Shown here piece by piece: positions 36,847-48,415 of a DNA stretch of 64,000 nucleotides. The stretch comes from Macrostomum lignano (Eukaryota), in contig NIVC01001557.1 in assembly GCA_002269645.1 (NCBI GenBank), positions 204,556-268,555 of the forward strand, written 5' to 3'. Both the position numbers and the translations under genes were made by a program. The notes below the pieces were generated by a model. That model was not told the DNA's origin, ran no database searches, and saw only the letters and a list, made by a program, of their open reading frames with translations. Position 1 is the first letter of the stretch. Every line of letters starts with the position of its first letter.

Positions 36847-39675
36847 ATGAAAAAGCTAATTGTGACAGCGCTTTTTGCTGTTCTTCTTGTGGTAGTCTCT
36901 GGAGAAGAACACCACAAGAGATGCTGCGGCACTTGCAAGGCCAACTATCCTCATGGTCATCACCTGAAACATGTAAGTCAGTCCTATCGCATTTTTATTT
37001 GCTAATTTTAAATTACAACTAATCACTCATTATTTATACTTTTACCTTGCCTGAATAAAAATATTTACACTTCTCAACGCAAGGCAATTCATAATGAGCT
37101 CTGTATATAAATATCCCTAAAAGGGCAAAATAATGACTTAATATTATTAAATGTAAAACAGAAAATCTGTTTATCTAACAAAAAAACTCAATATGAATGT
37201 GTATGCTTGTATCTTAGTTTAATAATCTAAGGTAGTAGTTCTTGGCTAAAAACTTTTTTGTGATTTAAAATATCATTTTGAATGTTGTTATAATAATTGT
37301 ACCAAAATAATAATAGCCTATTATGGAGCAATAATATTAATAATTTTTTTCTAAATTTAAATATATGGTTTGCTAAATATTTTACCATTGATTTATATTT
37401 TATAAAAGGTTAATAGTATTATATTGATTAACGCACAATTAAAATAGTACTAATATAATATTATAAACATTAATCATTTTTCTTATTATATAGAATTCAA
37501 AAAAGCTAGTTTACAATAAATTGATATATACAAAGAGTGTACCCTTGTTATTTTTTAAGGTATTATATTATAGAAAATAAACTACTCTTAATAACATAAC
37601 CATTTTCTTGTCTAAAATATTTTATGAAGATAGAGTTAATATTTATTAATAATACTAATAGTGTATTTTATATTTAAGTATATTTTATATATGAGTATAC
37701 ATTGCAAGCCACCTAACCAATGCACTTTTAGTCCTGCCTCCATGGCTGCCGCCTCTACTCAATGATCTACCTGGCCCACGACAAGAGCATCAAGAATGAC
37801 GAGCTGTCTAACATGTGCTCCAAGTCCTGCAAGCGTGGCTTCACTGGTGGTGCCATCACTGATAAAATGGACAAAGCCTGTAATGTTGGGTGCAAGGAGC
37901 AGGCCCGGGTGTTCCAAGAGCATGGCATGTCCGACCACGGTGCCAAGATGTCGGTGATGCATGGCATCGGCCTGGCCCTGCCTGACATGCACTCGCCGTC
38001 GCCCTTCCACCAGCGCATCTTCCAGCAGATGCGCCAGATGCACACTCGCATGATGGAGGCCATGAAGAACGCCAAGCACGCCATTGTCCAGCGCATCCAG
38101 ATCCGCATCCACTCCATGCCTCCTGGACCCGATGGCAAGCCGCGCTACCAGGTTTGTACAGCTGGGGATGGTAGATAACTTCAGTCCAGCTGAAGGTCAA
38201 GATAGTAGATAACTTCAGTCCAGCTGAAGGTCTAGATAGTAGATAACTTCAGTCCAGCTGAAGGTCAAGATAGTAGATAACTTCAGTCCAGCTGAAGGTC
38301 AAGATAGTAGATAACTTCAGTCCAGCTGAAGGTCAAGATAGTAGATAACTTCAGTCCAGCTGAAGGTTAAGATAGTAGATAACTTCAGTCCAGCTGAAGG
38401 TCAAGATAGTAGATAACTTCAGTCCAGCTGAAGGTCTAGATAGTAGATAACTTCAGTCCAGCTGAAGGTCTAGATAGTAGATAACTTCAGTCCAGCTGAA
38501 GGTCAAGATAGTAGATAACTTCAGTCCAGCTGAAGGTCAAGATAGTAGATAACTTCAGTCCAGCTGAAGGTCTAGATGGTAGATAACTTCAGTCCAGCTG
38601 AAGGTCAAGATAGTAGATAACTTCAGTCCAGCTGAAGGTCTAGATGGTAGATAACTTCAGTCCAGCTGAAGGTCAAGATAGTAGATAACTTCAGTCCAGC
38701 TGAAGGTCTAGATGGTAGATAACTTCAGTCCAGCTGAAGGTCTAGATAGTAGATAACTTCAGTCCAGCTGAAGGTCTAGATGGGATTTTCAATTCACTGT
38801 GACAGGTGGAGATCCACCAGCGTCGCATTCCACTGTCCTTCGGCCACCCGATGTTCGGCAACAGCAAAGGCAAAGACCAGCCTTCGAAGCCCCCGATCGG
38901 CCCCGACGGTCACCGGCCTCTTCTTGGCGGCGACGACCACGACATGCTGCCGCACGGACCTCACCACGGACACCACGGACACCATGGCGAGCACCATGGA
39001 GATCACGGCGAGCACCACGGTCACCACGGACATCACGGACACCACGGCCCGATGTACCGCGTGCGCCACTTTTTCGTTGACATGCCCGATTCCGCCAAGA
39101 CCTGCCTTCGCTGGTCCCTGTTCGCCCTGCTGCTCGTCTCCTTCATGTGCTTCATCTGGGTCTTCTGGCGCGCCTGCCGCAGCCTCGCTGCCGCTTCCGC
39201 CCAGCGCCAGCGCCTGTCCATCACCAAGGCCATCGGCAAGAAGAAGGTTTGCGACTCTTAAACAATACATACATTTGAGATGCCTGATTCAGGCATCCCC
39301 AATCAGACTTCTCTGCATCCCTAATGTAGATGAATTTCGATATTAAAACCCGAAACTCTCCTAACAGAAATCCCGATTTCCCCCATCAAAAAATCCCAAT
39401 TCCCCTATCAGAAATCCCAATTCCACTCTCAGAAATCACAATTCATTAAACAGAAATCCCGATTCCCCTATCAGAAATCCCAATTCCCCTATCAGAAATC
39501 CCTATTCCCCCACCGAAATCCCATCACATATTCTGACCGGCCCAAACCACCCACCGCGCAGCCGTGCGTGCAGTCGGGCGACATTTTCTATGTCGATGTC
39601 GGTGACAAGAAGCCGCTGATCGAAGACGACGCTGTGGACGTGGCCGCCGCCGAGGCCAAAAAAGAGGAGGCCTGA
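36847..39675 (+). CDS. TMEM59: TMEM59/BSMAP-like type I membrane protein, about 366 aa. Exons 36847-36972, 37732-38151, 38806-39246, 39562-39675
   Basis: Signal peptide MKKLIVTALFAVLLVVVSG. Cys pattern C..C...YP....C..GCRL.S...C...C...AC..GC..Q matches TMEM59. One TM helix (WSLFALLLVSFMCFIWVFW), then RLSI (compare TMEM59 KLSI). Three phase-0 GT-AG introns; exons total 1101 nt. The family call is from remembered sequence, not a search. Confidence 0.72.
38171..38781. repeat. 34-bp minisatellite with internal inverted repeat (GATAACTTCAGTCCAGCTGAAGGTCAAGATAGTA), about 18 copies, TMEM59 intron 2
   Basis: Direct inspection. CTTCAG/CTGAAG form a stem with a 5-nt loop. Confidence 0.95.
39365..39525. 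repeat. About 22-bp minisatellite (AAATCCCAATTCCCCTATCAG), TMEM59 intron 3
   Basis: Direct inspection. A homologous array lies at 49850-50020 in the duplicate. Confidence 0.9.
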
Positions 39676-41052
39676 GAACAGTGAGCAGCCTCGAGATGAA
39701 GAATAGAAGCTGGACTGGGGAGGAGTCGATTTGAAAAAAAACATTTTAGCCGGTCATTTTTGTTAAAACTGAACAAGATAAAATTGAAATATTTTTTCTT
39801 TTCAAATCTGCAAGAAACTTTTTTCTGTCTTTTTTAAAGGAAATTGGCAAAACATTGATCAATTAATTATAATTATTAATATCGAAGCCTCCGTGTTTAT
39901 CATTTCTCCGTGTTTTTATTTTGCTTAATTTTTTCCGATCTCTACTCGATCAAAACCTGAGCGTCATCAGCCTGCGTGTAAAAAAACTGTTTGTCAATAA
40001 TTATCTACTATAATCCCAGTGCCCTTAGTTACTCAAGATCGTTAATAATAATTATTATTAATAACTAATCGATCGCCAACATCCTCGCCTCTCTGTGCGC
40101 TGCTCTTATCAGCTGATCAGTTTAGCAAGCAACAACTTTTAGATGTGTGTTTTTTTCTTTTAAATTTTGGTAGCGCTTATGGTTTTTTGTTTCGGAGAGA
40201 GAGAGATTGCTAGATTAGCAATCCTTTCAGTTCAGTAAGCGCAGTTTTATCATTTTAATTTTTTTCTTTGCAAATGATTCCTATTTTTTCAGTTTTTTTT
40301 CATAATTCAGTAAAACTGTATAAGTTGCTATTCAGTTCTAGAATTTTCTTTATTCCCGCGCGTTCTATTTCTCTTTTTTTATGAGGCCATCGTTTTTTTT
40401 AATACATTTTCCCTATCTGCGATGCTGCATGCTGGTTGCTAGGGCTGCTTCTGAGGGTTCATCAACGTGGGCAGAGGTTCTCTGTCTCTCTCGCGACGGA
40501 GAGAGCAGAGGCGGGACAACCTGGGGAAGAGGGAGTCAGCGGGGATCGATAATCAAGCAGAGGAGGACAGACCCGTGAGATCCCCTGTACAATAACCGGG
40601 CCTGCACTACAGGGGGCCTGGGCGTTGCTATGCTTCAAAAACCATGCAAGCTTCGATGCAGGGAGGCAAACGAAACTGCTTTTGCGTTTGTCCTAGAAAT
40701 CCTTTAGTTGGCTTGCTAAAGCAGTCTGCAGCAGTGCGTGCCCGGGGAGCATCCGCTTTCTAATGATAATATAAAATGTCGTTTTGACTACTTTTATCTC
40801 TGTGTGTGGCACTTGTCAAAAAATATTCGAAAATTAACAATATATAACAATCAATATCCACTTAATACTAAAGATATGTCCCTACAGTTACTTGTATGCA
40901 GCACCTTCTAACATCGCCACCGATATCGCCTGTCCTAATATTCAAAAATACCGCATGCACCTTTCGTGTGCTGCCGACTCTGACTTATTTTCATTTGCTA
41001 CTGATTTTAGATTTTTAGCTTTTAGTTTGACTTTTATGAGTGATTTTGTGTT

Positions 41053-42240
41053 AGGGGTGGGGTTGTGTAGGATATTGCAGTCAGGGTGTGGAATTGTGTA
41101 GGATATTGTAGTCAGGGTGTGGGATTGTGTAGGATATTGTAGTCATGGTGTGGGATTGTGTAGGATATTGCAGTCATGGTGTGGGATTGTGTAGGATATT
41201 GCAGTCAGGGTGTGGGACTGTGTAGGATATTGCAGTCAGGGTGTAGGACTGTGTAGGATATTGCAGTCAGGGTGTGGGATCGTGTAGGATATTGCTGTCA
41301 GGGTGTGGGATTGTTTAGGATATTGCAGTCGCTGTGAGATTGTGTAGGATATTGCAGTCAGGGTGTGGGATCGTGTAGGATATTGCAGTCAGGGTGTGGG
41401 ATCGTGTAGGATATTGCAGTCAGGGTGTGGGATCGTGTAGGATATTGCAGTCAGGGTGTGGGATCGTGTAGGATATTGCAGTCAGGGTGTGGGATAATGT
41501 AGGATATTGCAGTCAGGGTGTGGGATCGTGTAGGATATTGCTGTCAGGGTGTGGGATTGTGTAGGATATTGCTGTCAGGGTGTGGGATTGTGTAGGATAT
41601 TGCAGTCGCTGTGAGATTGTGTAGGATATTGCAGTCAGGGTGTGGGATCGTGTAGGATATTGCTGTCAGGGTGTGGGATTGTGTAGGATATTGCTGTCAG
41701 GGTGTGGGATTGTGTAGGATATTGCTGTCAGGGTGTGGGATTGTGTAGGATATTGCTGTCAGGGTGTGGGATTGTGTAGGATATTGCAGTCGCTGTGAGA
41801 TTGTGTAGGATATTGCAGTCAGGGTGTGGGATCGTGTAGGATATTGCAGTCAGGGTGTGGGACTGTGTAGGATATTGCAGTCAGGGTGTGGGATCGTGTA
41901 GGATATTGCAGTCAGGGTGTGGGATCGTGTAGGATATTGCAGTCAGGGTGTGGGATCGTGTAGGATATTGCTGTCAGGGTGTGGGATTGTGTAGGATATT
42001 GCAGTCGCTGTGAGATTGTGTAGGATATTGCAGTCAGGGTGTGGGATCGTGTAGGATATTGCTGTCAGGGTGTGGGATCGTGTAGGATATTGCAGTCAGG
42101 GTGTGGGACTGTGTAGGATATTGCAGTCTGGGTGTGGGACTGTGTAGGATATTGCAGTCAGGGTGTGGGACTGTGTAGGATATTGCAGTCTGGGTGTGGG
42201 ACTGTGTAGGATATTGCAGTCAGGGTGTGGGACTGTGTCA
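41053..42240. repeat. 31-bp minisatellite (GGGATTGTGTAGGATATTGCAGTCAGGGTGT), about 38 copies
   Basis: Direct inspection. It is absent as an array from the duplicated block. Confidence 0.95.
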
Positions 42241-42796
42241 AGATGTGGCATTCTGTGAAATTCATGAATTCACAGATGTGGAGTTAAATGCTTTTAATTT
42301 GGGCTAGCATAAATGTTTTATAAGGTATTTGGTGCGTCATTAAACAGCTCAGCATTGCAAATTAGTTTAGCTAAATTCTATATGCAAATTTTAAATCAAG
42401 CTTTCCTAAACTGCGCCCGTACGTATGGCGAAGTTTAACTGTAGGCCACTCGGCTAATATTCTGACCAAGGTGTACAAACCTGACTTGAGTTAGTTAGTA
42501 CCAAGGACTTCTAGACGAAGTGTTCCTAGTGGTCTTTGGTAGAGTACTCGCACCAGTGCATTAGCTCTGCTCCGTGGGTGTCCGCTTACATCTGCGCGTC
42601 TGGCCTAACAATTCAACCAAAAGTGCAGGAAAATCACCTGATTACAATCTAAACAGCTGGAATTATTCTACCGGTAAATTCACGAGCGCAGGTTTCTACT
42701 TAAAGTAGGCAATTAGCGAATATTGTCAATAAGCTGACTTGAGCTTGTAAAATTGCTTGTACCTATTTCAGCTGTTCCCGAAATTTAGCCAGCGAT

Positions 42797-43478
42797 ATGT
42801 CTCCTGCCGTGGCGGCCTCGGGAATCGTGATCTACCGCACAGTGTCGGCGGGAGTGCAGTACCTGCTGCTGCACGCCACCATCGAGGAGGGACTGTGGAC
42901 TCCGCCTAAAGGTCACGTGGATCCCGGGGAAGATTTGCGGCAGTGCGCCATCAGGGAGACTGCGGAGGAGTGCGGCTTGAAAGAGGGGGCGGACTATCGG
43001 CTGGTGCCGGACTGGGTTCACGCCGTCAGCTACGTCGCCTTCGGGTTCGTGCTGGTGCTGGCGAATTGGGGAATCGCTTATGTACATGCACAGACTGCCC
43101 TTGTAGAATCCCCCGACTACAATGTTTGAACACCACCCCAAATCACCCACCTCCCCAAAACACCACCACCCCAAAAACACCACTACCCCAAAAACACCAC
43201 CACCCCAAAAACACCACCACCCCAAAAACACCACCACTCCAAAACGCCACTACCCCAAAACACCACCACCCCAAAACACTAGCAAGCAGAAGTCGGTGAC
43301 CTACTACCTCGGCCAGATGTCGAACCCGGACGCTCCGATCCGTCTGTCGGACGAGCACAAAGACTTCGCCTGGTGCAGCATCGAGCGGGCCAAAGAGCTG
43401 GTGAAGTTCAAGGAGAGCATCGAGGTTCTGCAGTCCGCACACCAGTATATCGCTGACATGACGGCAAAGTCTCGGTAG
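42797..43478 (+). CDS. NUDT2: Bis(5'-nucleosyl)-tetraphosphatase (asymmetrical Ap4A hydrolase), 147 aa. Exons 42797-43044, 43283-43478
   Basis: WTPPKGHVDPGEDLRQCAIRETAEECGL has an intact Nudix box GX5EX7REUXEEXGU. C-terminal KSVTYYL..IRLSDEHKDFAW is typical of NUDT2. The phase-2 GT-AG intron joins GG|C to give Gly. Confidence 0.93.
43130..43279. repeat. About 17-bp C4A4-containing repeat (CACCACCACCCCAAAAA) in the NUDT2 intron
   Basis: Direct inspection. It abuts the acceptor TAG at 43280-43282. Confidence 0.9.
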
Positions 43479-43894
43479 TTCTGTCTCTGTCCAATTCCAA
43501 TTAAGCCAGCAATATAAACTGTAATAATCTTTGACGTTTATTACAAAGTTTAAATTTAGTTAAACAGCCTGCATTAACCAAAATTCAATCACGCGTCGTT
43601 TAACTTGTTTTAAATGATCACTGATAGGAGAAATAGCTGAACATCACTATAAACAAGCAATACATTTTGCCGTGATCATCACGTGTTGTTTAGTAACATA
43701 CTCGCAAAATAAAAATGCAAGCTCATATAGATATTTTGGTTGTCTAAATCTGTCATTGTGATTCAGCTGCTGTTAAGCAGACTTGCTCGTTTTTCTGAAA
43801 AAATGCAGGTAATCAAACCAGAGCGTGCACTACTTGAAAACGCTCACCGAAAACTGACCGCCACCTCAAATAACCCTCTAACATATATCACCCA

Positions 43895-44400
43895 CCATCC
43901 GAAATTACCCACCACCCCAAATCACCCACCACCCCAAATCACCCAACGCACTAAAACACCCACCACCCCAAATCACCCACCACTCCAAATCACTAACCAT
44001 CCCAAATCACTCAACGCCCCAAAACACCCACCACCCCAAATCACCCACCACTCCAAATCACTAACCACCCCAAATCACCCAACGCCCTAAAACACCCACC
44101 ACCCCAAATCACCCACCACTCCAAATCACTAACCACCCCAAATCCCCCACCACTCCAAATCACCCAACACCCCAAATCACCCACCACCCCAAATCACCCA
44201 CCACCCCAAATCACCCACCACCCCAAATCACCCACCACCCCAAATCACCCAACGCCCTAAAACACCCACCACCCCAAATCACCCACCACCCCAAATCACT
44301 AACCACCCCAAATCCCCCACCACTCCAAATCACCCAACACCCCAAATCACTCAACGCCCCAAAACACCCAGCACCCCAAATCAGCCAACACCCAAAGTCA
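43895..44400. repeat. 17-bp repeat (CACCCACCACCCCAAAT), same family, downstream of NUDT2
   Basis: Direct inspection. Confidence 0.9.
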
Positions 44401-45859
44401 TCAAACCCAAATCAACCCATTGTCCTTCTCGTACAACACTTCAAACCTTTTGTATCCAGTATTTTTACTGGGAAAAGGTTGAAAACGTAATGACCCACGT
44501 AACCAAAAGAATCGCATCGATATCGCTCACTCCCCGCCGCGGGCTGTATGGGGCGATATATCGCCGATTGATATTGGGGCGATGTCACTATACGTTTGTT
44601 AAGATTGCATTGTTTTTGTATACTTGTTGGGAAAGAGATTTACACTACGTGTTACTGATACGTGCTGCGATGGTGGCGGGATAAACTAAGCAAATCCGAC
44701 TACCAGACGGAGTACCGCAAGGGCGAGAGACTGGAAATGCAGACACACTTAGTCGGCAATCGTGTCAAAAAGGACCTTGCTTGTGCAGTGGCTCTGCGCT
44801 CGCTGTTGAGTTCAGTGACGATGAAGAGTTTAAGAGTGGTTGTCAGTCACTCGAAAACTCCCACTTCTAGACACTGGGGACAAGTGCCTAGGCACATGCA
44901 AAATCAAGTAACTCTTACTGCAGCGGATCCTCTTGCGGTCTGTAGACGTCTGAGTCTTGTAGATTGTGGGTCTAGCTAGCTAAGCTTCGTTGAGCGGTAG
45001 CGGCGGCCGGTTTCGGTGAACAGCTGTTGTCTCCTGGAGACCTTGACTTTATCTGTAGGTCGTCCAAAAAACGAGAGCGAATCAGAATTTCTTGCCGGTC
45101 CTCGAGCTCGGAATTAACAAATTTAGAACGTGCGCCCTAATAAACAATTTAACTCTCTGAGTTTCTGCAAATAGGTCCTCCTGAAGGGCGCGTCTTCTTC
45201 GTTACGTCCGAAACGTAACGGATAACTCAAATTAATCAATTAATCCTCTAGAAATTTATCCTAGGAAACCAGAAGGCCTTTCTCAGATGTGTCGACAATA
45301 AACGCGCGGCTCTCGTAAACTCAATTAATCAACAATTGTTAACGCTGTAGCAAATTAGAACTAAATCGGGTAAACGCTTACCAATCGGTCAGGACTCAGG
45401 ATTTCTTCTCAGAGACCGCTCCGAGTCTGAAGTTTTGACTCGGATTTTCGATAATATTTGTAGTAAAATTTCGAGGGAAAACTGGTTTAGAATCGGTTAT
45501 TTACTTAGGTCATACGTATTTGACTAAGTGTGGTTCATAAATGTTTGAGTTTGAGTTACGTGGAATTAAACAAATATAGCTGTTGAAAATCGGTTCCTTG
45601 ATCAAAAAACGTTGGTCCTACGTGGGGTTCTGAGTCACTTCTGTTTATACACATGATTCATTCTAAAATCGATATTCTTAAAATAGATATGACTCATTCT
45701 AAAATACATTTAGATAGACAATTTTCTTAGAAAAAAATATATTACTTTACGTAGTGCATTACGGTATGACTATAACGGCTCTCTACAACGACAGCGCGAT
45801 TCCACGAGCACAGGCAGAGGCACAGGCTGCAGCTGCCGAACTGCTTGCGAGACGGTCAA

Positions 45860-47425
45860 CCACCGGAAAAGGCAGAGAAAGACGGCTGCGGCAACTGCTG
45901 TCCGCGGGTGCCTCTACAGAGCATTGCGGTCGGCAGCGTTGGCCAGCCACTGGAAATGGACTTCATGGTGGGCCTGCAGAGGACCGATCGTGGAAATTCA
46001 GTCAATCCTGGAATCGAGACCTTCAGCAAGTGGACTGAGGCCTTTCCACTACCGTCTTAAGACGCTGAGCTCACAGCCCGGACGTTTGTCAACGAGTGGT
46101 TGGCTCGCTTCGGGAATCCCGCAGTCGGTGCATACCACCCTGAAGGAGACGGCGGTGGAGAACGGATGAACCGGACGCTTGGTGCTTGCACAAGTTGCGA
46201 GCACCTATGCAAGCAATTGCAGTGAACGAGCATGGGTGAACGAGAATCAGCGAGACTGGGATCTTCATCAGCAGATTGCACTGATGGGCTACCACCTTCG
46301 GGCATTCATTTCGGCCGAGAACTGCGGCCACCACTGGACTACGGAGGTCTGGCGCCGGATGAGCAACGTCCGTGTGAATGGGTGGCCAAGCTGCGGAGCC
46401 GGCTGCAGACATCGCACGAAAAGGCGCGACAAAACTTGAAGGCGGCGCAACTGGTCTGCTTGAATAATCCGGTGTTAGGGTTTCGATCTGTTCTCCGGGG
46501 TTAAGGATCTCCGGCCCGGAGATCCAACACGAAAAATTACGCGATTTTACAATTTTAAAAGCCCAGCATGTGAGCAGCCTAGCTTGCGCAACTCTTTCGA
46601 TAAGTTCATCCATTTAGTTCATACGGCCCTTTCACACAGCCATCAATCAAGTGGGGCTAAATTTAGACTTGGTTAGACTTGTTTTTAGTCTTACACACAT
46701 GTACTCGTAAGTCGAATGATTTGATCGCGTAATTTGACGGCGGAAGGAATGAGCCATTTTCAGTTTGGGATTTTCTTACTTTCTAATAGTCGAATGGCTA
46801 CTTCGAAATCAAGTATTCCCCATTGTAAAGACTGCGATAGTGAAGGCGGCAGTGTGAGCGCGAAACGAAAGGCTTAGGGCCCCATATGGCCGTGGGCCCA
46901 ATATATATATATTTGTTAGGCGACAGTGAACGATGCGTACATTCATGAACATGTACATTGCTACGCTATTGATGCTATTGATTAGGACAGAGCGGGAGAA
47001 AGAGAGAGAGAGAGAGCGCTGGGAACAGGCACCGCCCTGCTAGGCTAATTCAACTAGGTGGCAATAACACCCATGTGTTGAACAATGACCACGCACTTAC
47101 TAAACATGCCCTGGAGATCCCACAACGGTTACGGATCTCCTATCGCGGAGACCCATAACCGTTTGTAGTCTCCGAAGGAGATCTTACACCCTTTAAGGTC
47201 TCCGGTCGGAGATCCCAGCCCGTTTGCAGTCTCCGGATCGGCGACCCAAAACTGGTCGGAGCCCCGGAGGTTCTAAACCATAACACCGGCGCTGAAGTGA
47301 GGCGCGTTAGGAGTAAAATAAGCATATCTCGGAGGTTACCTACCGCAGTCAGCACGAGGCCAAAAATTAATGCTCGACGGCATCGACGGGTCATGCATTT
47401 CAATCGCCTGAAGCCATGCAACACG
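45860..47425 (+). mobile_element. Decayed Ty3/Gypsy integrase fragment, split by a solo LTR
   Basis: Frameshifted segments PLQSIAVG..MDF..TFSKWTEAFPLP..ARTFVNEWLARFG; VNENQRDWDLH; FGRELRPPLD..EWVAKLRSRLQTSHEKARQNLKAAQLVCLNNP. After the insert come HISEVTYR and VMHFNRLKPC (integrase C-terminal motifs). Confidence 0.85.
46473..47285. mobile_element. Solo LTR (813 bp) with 4-bp TSD CCGG
   Basis: Starts TGTTAGGGTTT and ends AAACCATAACA (TG..CA, inverted termini). CCGG flanks it at 46469-46472 and 47286-47289. Integrase similarity resumes on both sides. Confidence 0.75.
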
Positions 47426-48415
47426 GCCAGTCCTGACCAGGACAACCTGAGATTTGAGACCTGACAACCTGAGTCGACGCTCCATGCAGTCGGCGCCCCT
47501 GCTTTTTTCAAGCTCACCCAGAACAGGCGTTATTGTGTCAAAGTGAGAAGAACCGTTAACACTATTATTGCTTGAGTCTTCCCTTTTTTACTAAAGTTTT
47601 CGTTTGTTCAAATAATCGGTCAGATTTCGTTGACACATTGCTGTTGAAAGTGAGTGGAACGCATTTTTCGAAAGAAGGAGAGCCGAGAGGGAGGGTCGGA
47701 GGGTCGAGACAGTTTATATTCATAGCATTTTCATATTTTTGTCCTCCCTGTTGTTGTCGGGACGGGTAAACCGCGACACTGGATGCAGCAGTTTTTCCGG
47801 TCTTTAACACTAAACCAGTATGTTGCTACGGAGGCGAGTGCTCAAATTAACTGTTCTACTCTTGTTGAGTTATAGAGCGATTCGGGGGGGGGGTCGGGCC
47901 TCGAGTCTTTTTGTTATATTTCTTTCCGTACTCGTCGGGTTGTCCACCCCTCGGTTGCCACGGGGTTGATCGCCATCATGAAGATCTCCAGCCCAGGCAC
48001 GCGTCTCGCTCAATAAATATTTTCTGCCTGGCTGCCTTCGCCTGTCAACCGCCTTGGCATTGTCTTTGATCTGAGATGGACTGGGGCCTTTTACCTTTAG
48101 CTGCTTCACTTGGTCTTTTAGCCTCTGGTATGAATTGCCTACTATTATTTCATTTGCCTCTAACTGTTTTAAGTCCATTGTTATCTGTTTTGGCTTTGCC
48201 TCGGCCATCTCTGCTTAAACACGTTTCCAATGTCCCGCCCTCTGTACTGTTAAACTTCTAAGCCCCTTACCCGGCAACCCTCCTCAAGGCCTCGCTATCA
48301 ACTAGTTTTTTGTTTGTACGAGCTACCGATGTATTTAAGCATCTGTGAGAAATATTTCCTTATACAACTAGAATAAGCAGCCGAAGACTAAACACTATAA
48401 TTTTCAAGCCTGAAA

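Noticed and set aside
38171-38781. CRISPR-like array (34-bp palindromic repeats); likewise the 42-bp array at 63535-63982
   Set aside because: The units abut with no unique spacers, there are no cas genes, and the arrays lie in a spliced eukaryotic locus (the first inside an intron).
44643-45756. CACTACGT...ACGTAGTG inverted pair suggesting a CACTA element
   Set aside because: The match is only 8 bp, does not extend, and has no target-site duplication.
46914-47069. Second nested TG..CA mini-LTR inside the solo LTR
   Set aside because: The flanks (TATT versus CCCA) do not form a TSD.
47565-48208. Minus-strand ORFs possibly from a gag/ORF1 remnant
   Set aside because: No diagnostic motif (no CCHC knuckle or RT). 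It is likely TE-derived, but I cannot support a call.
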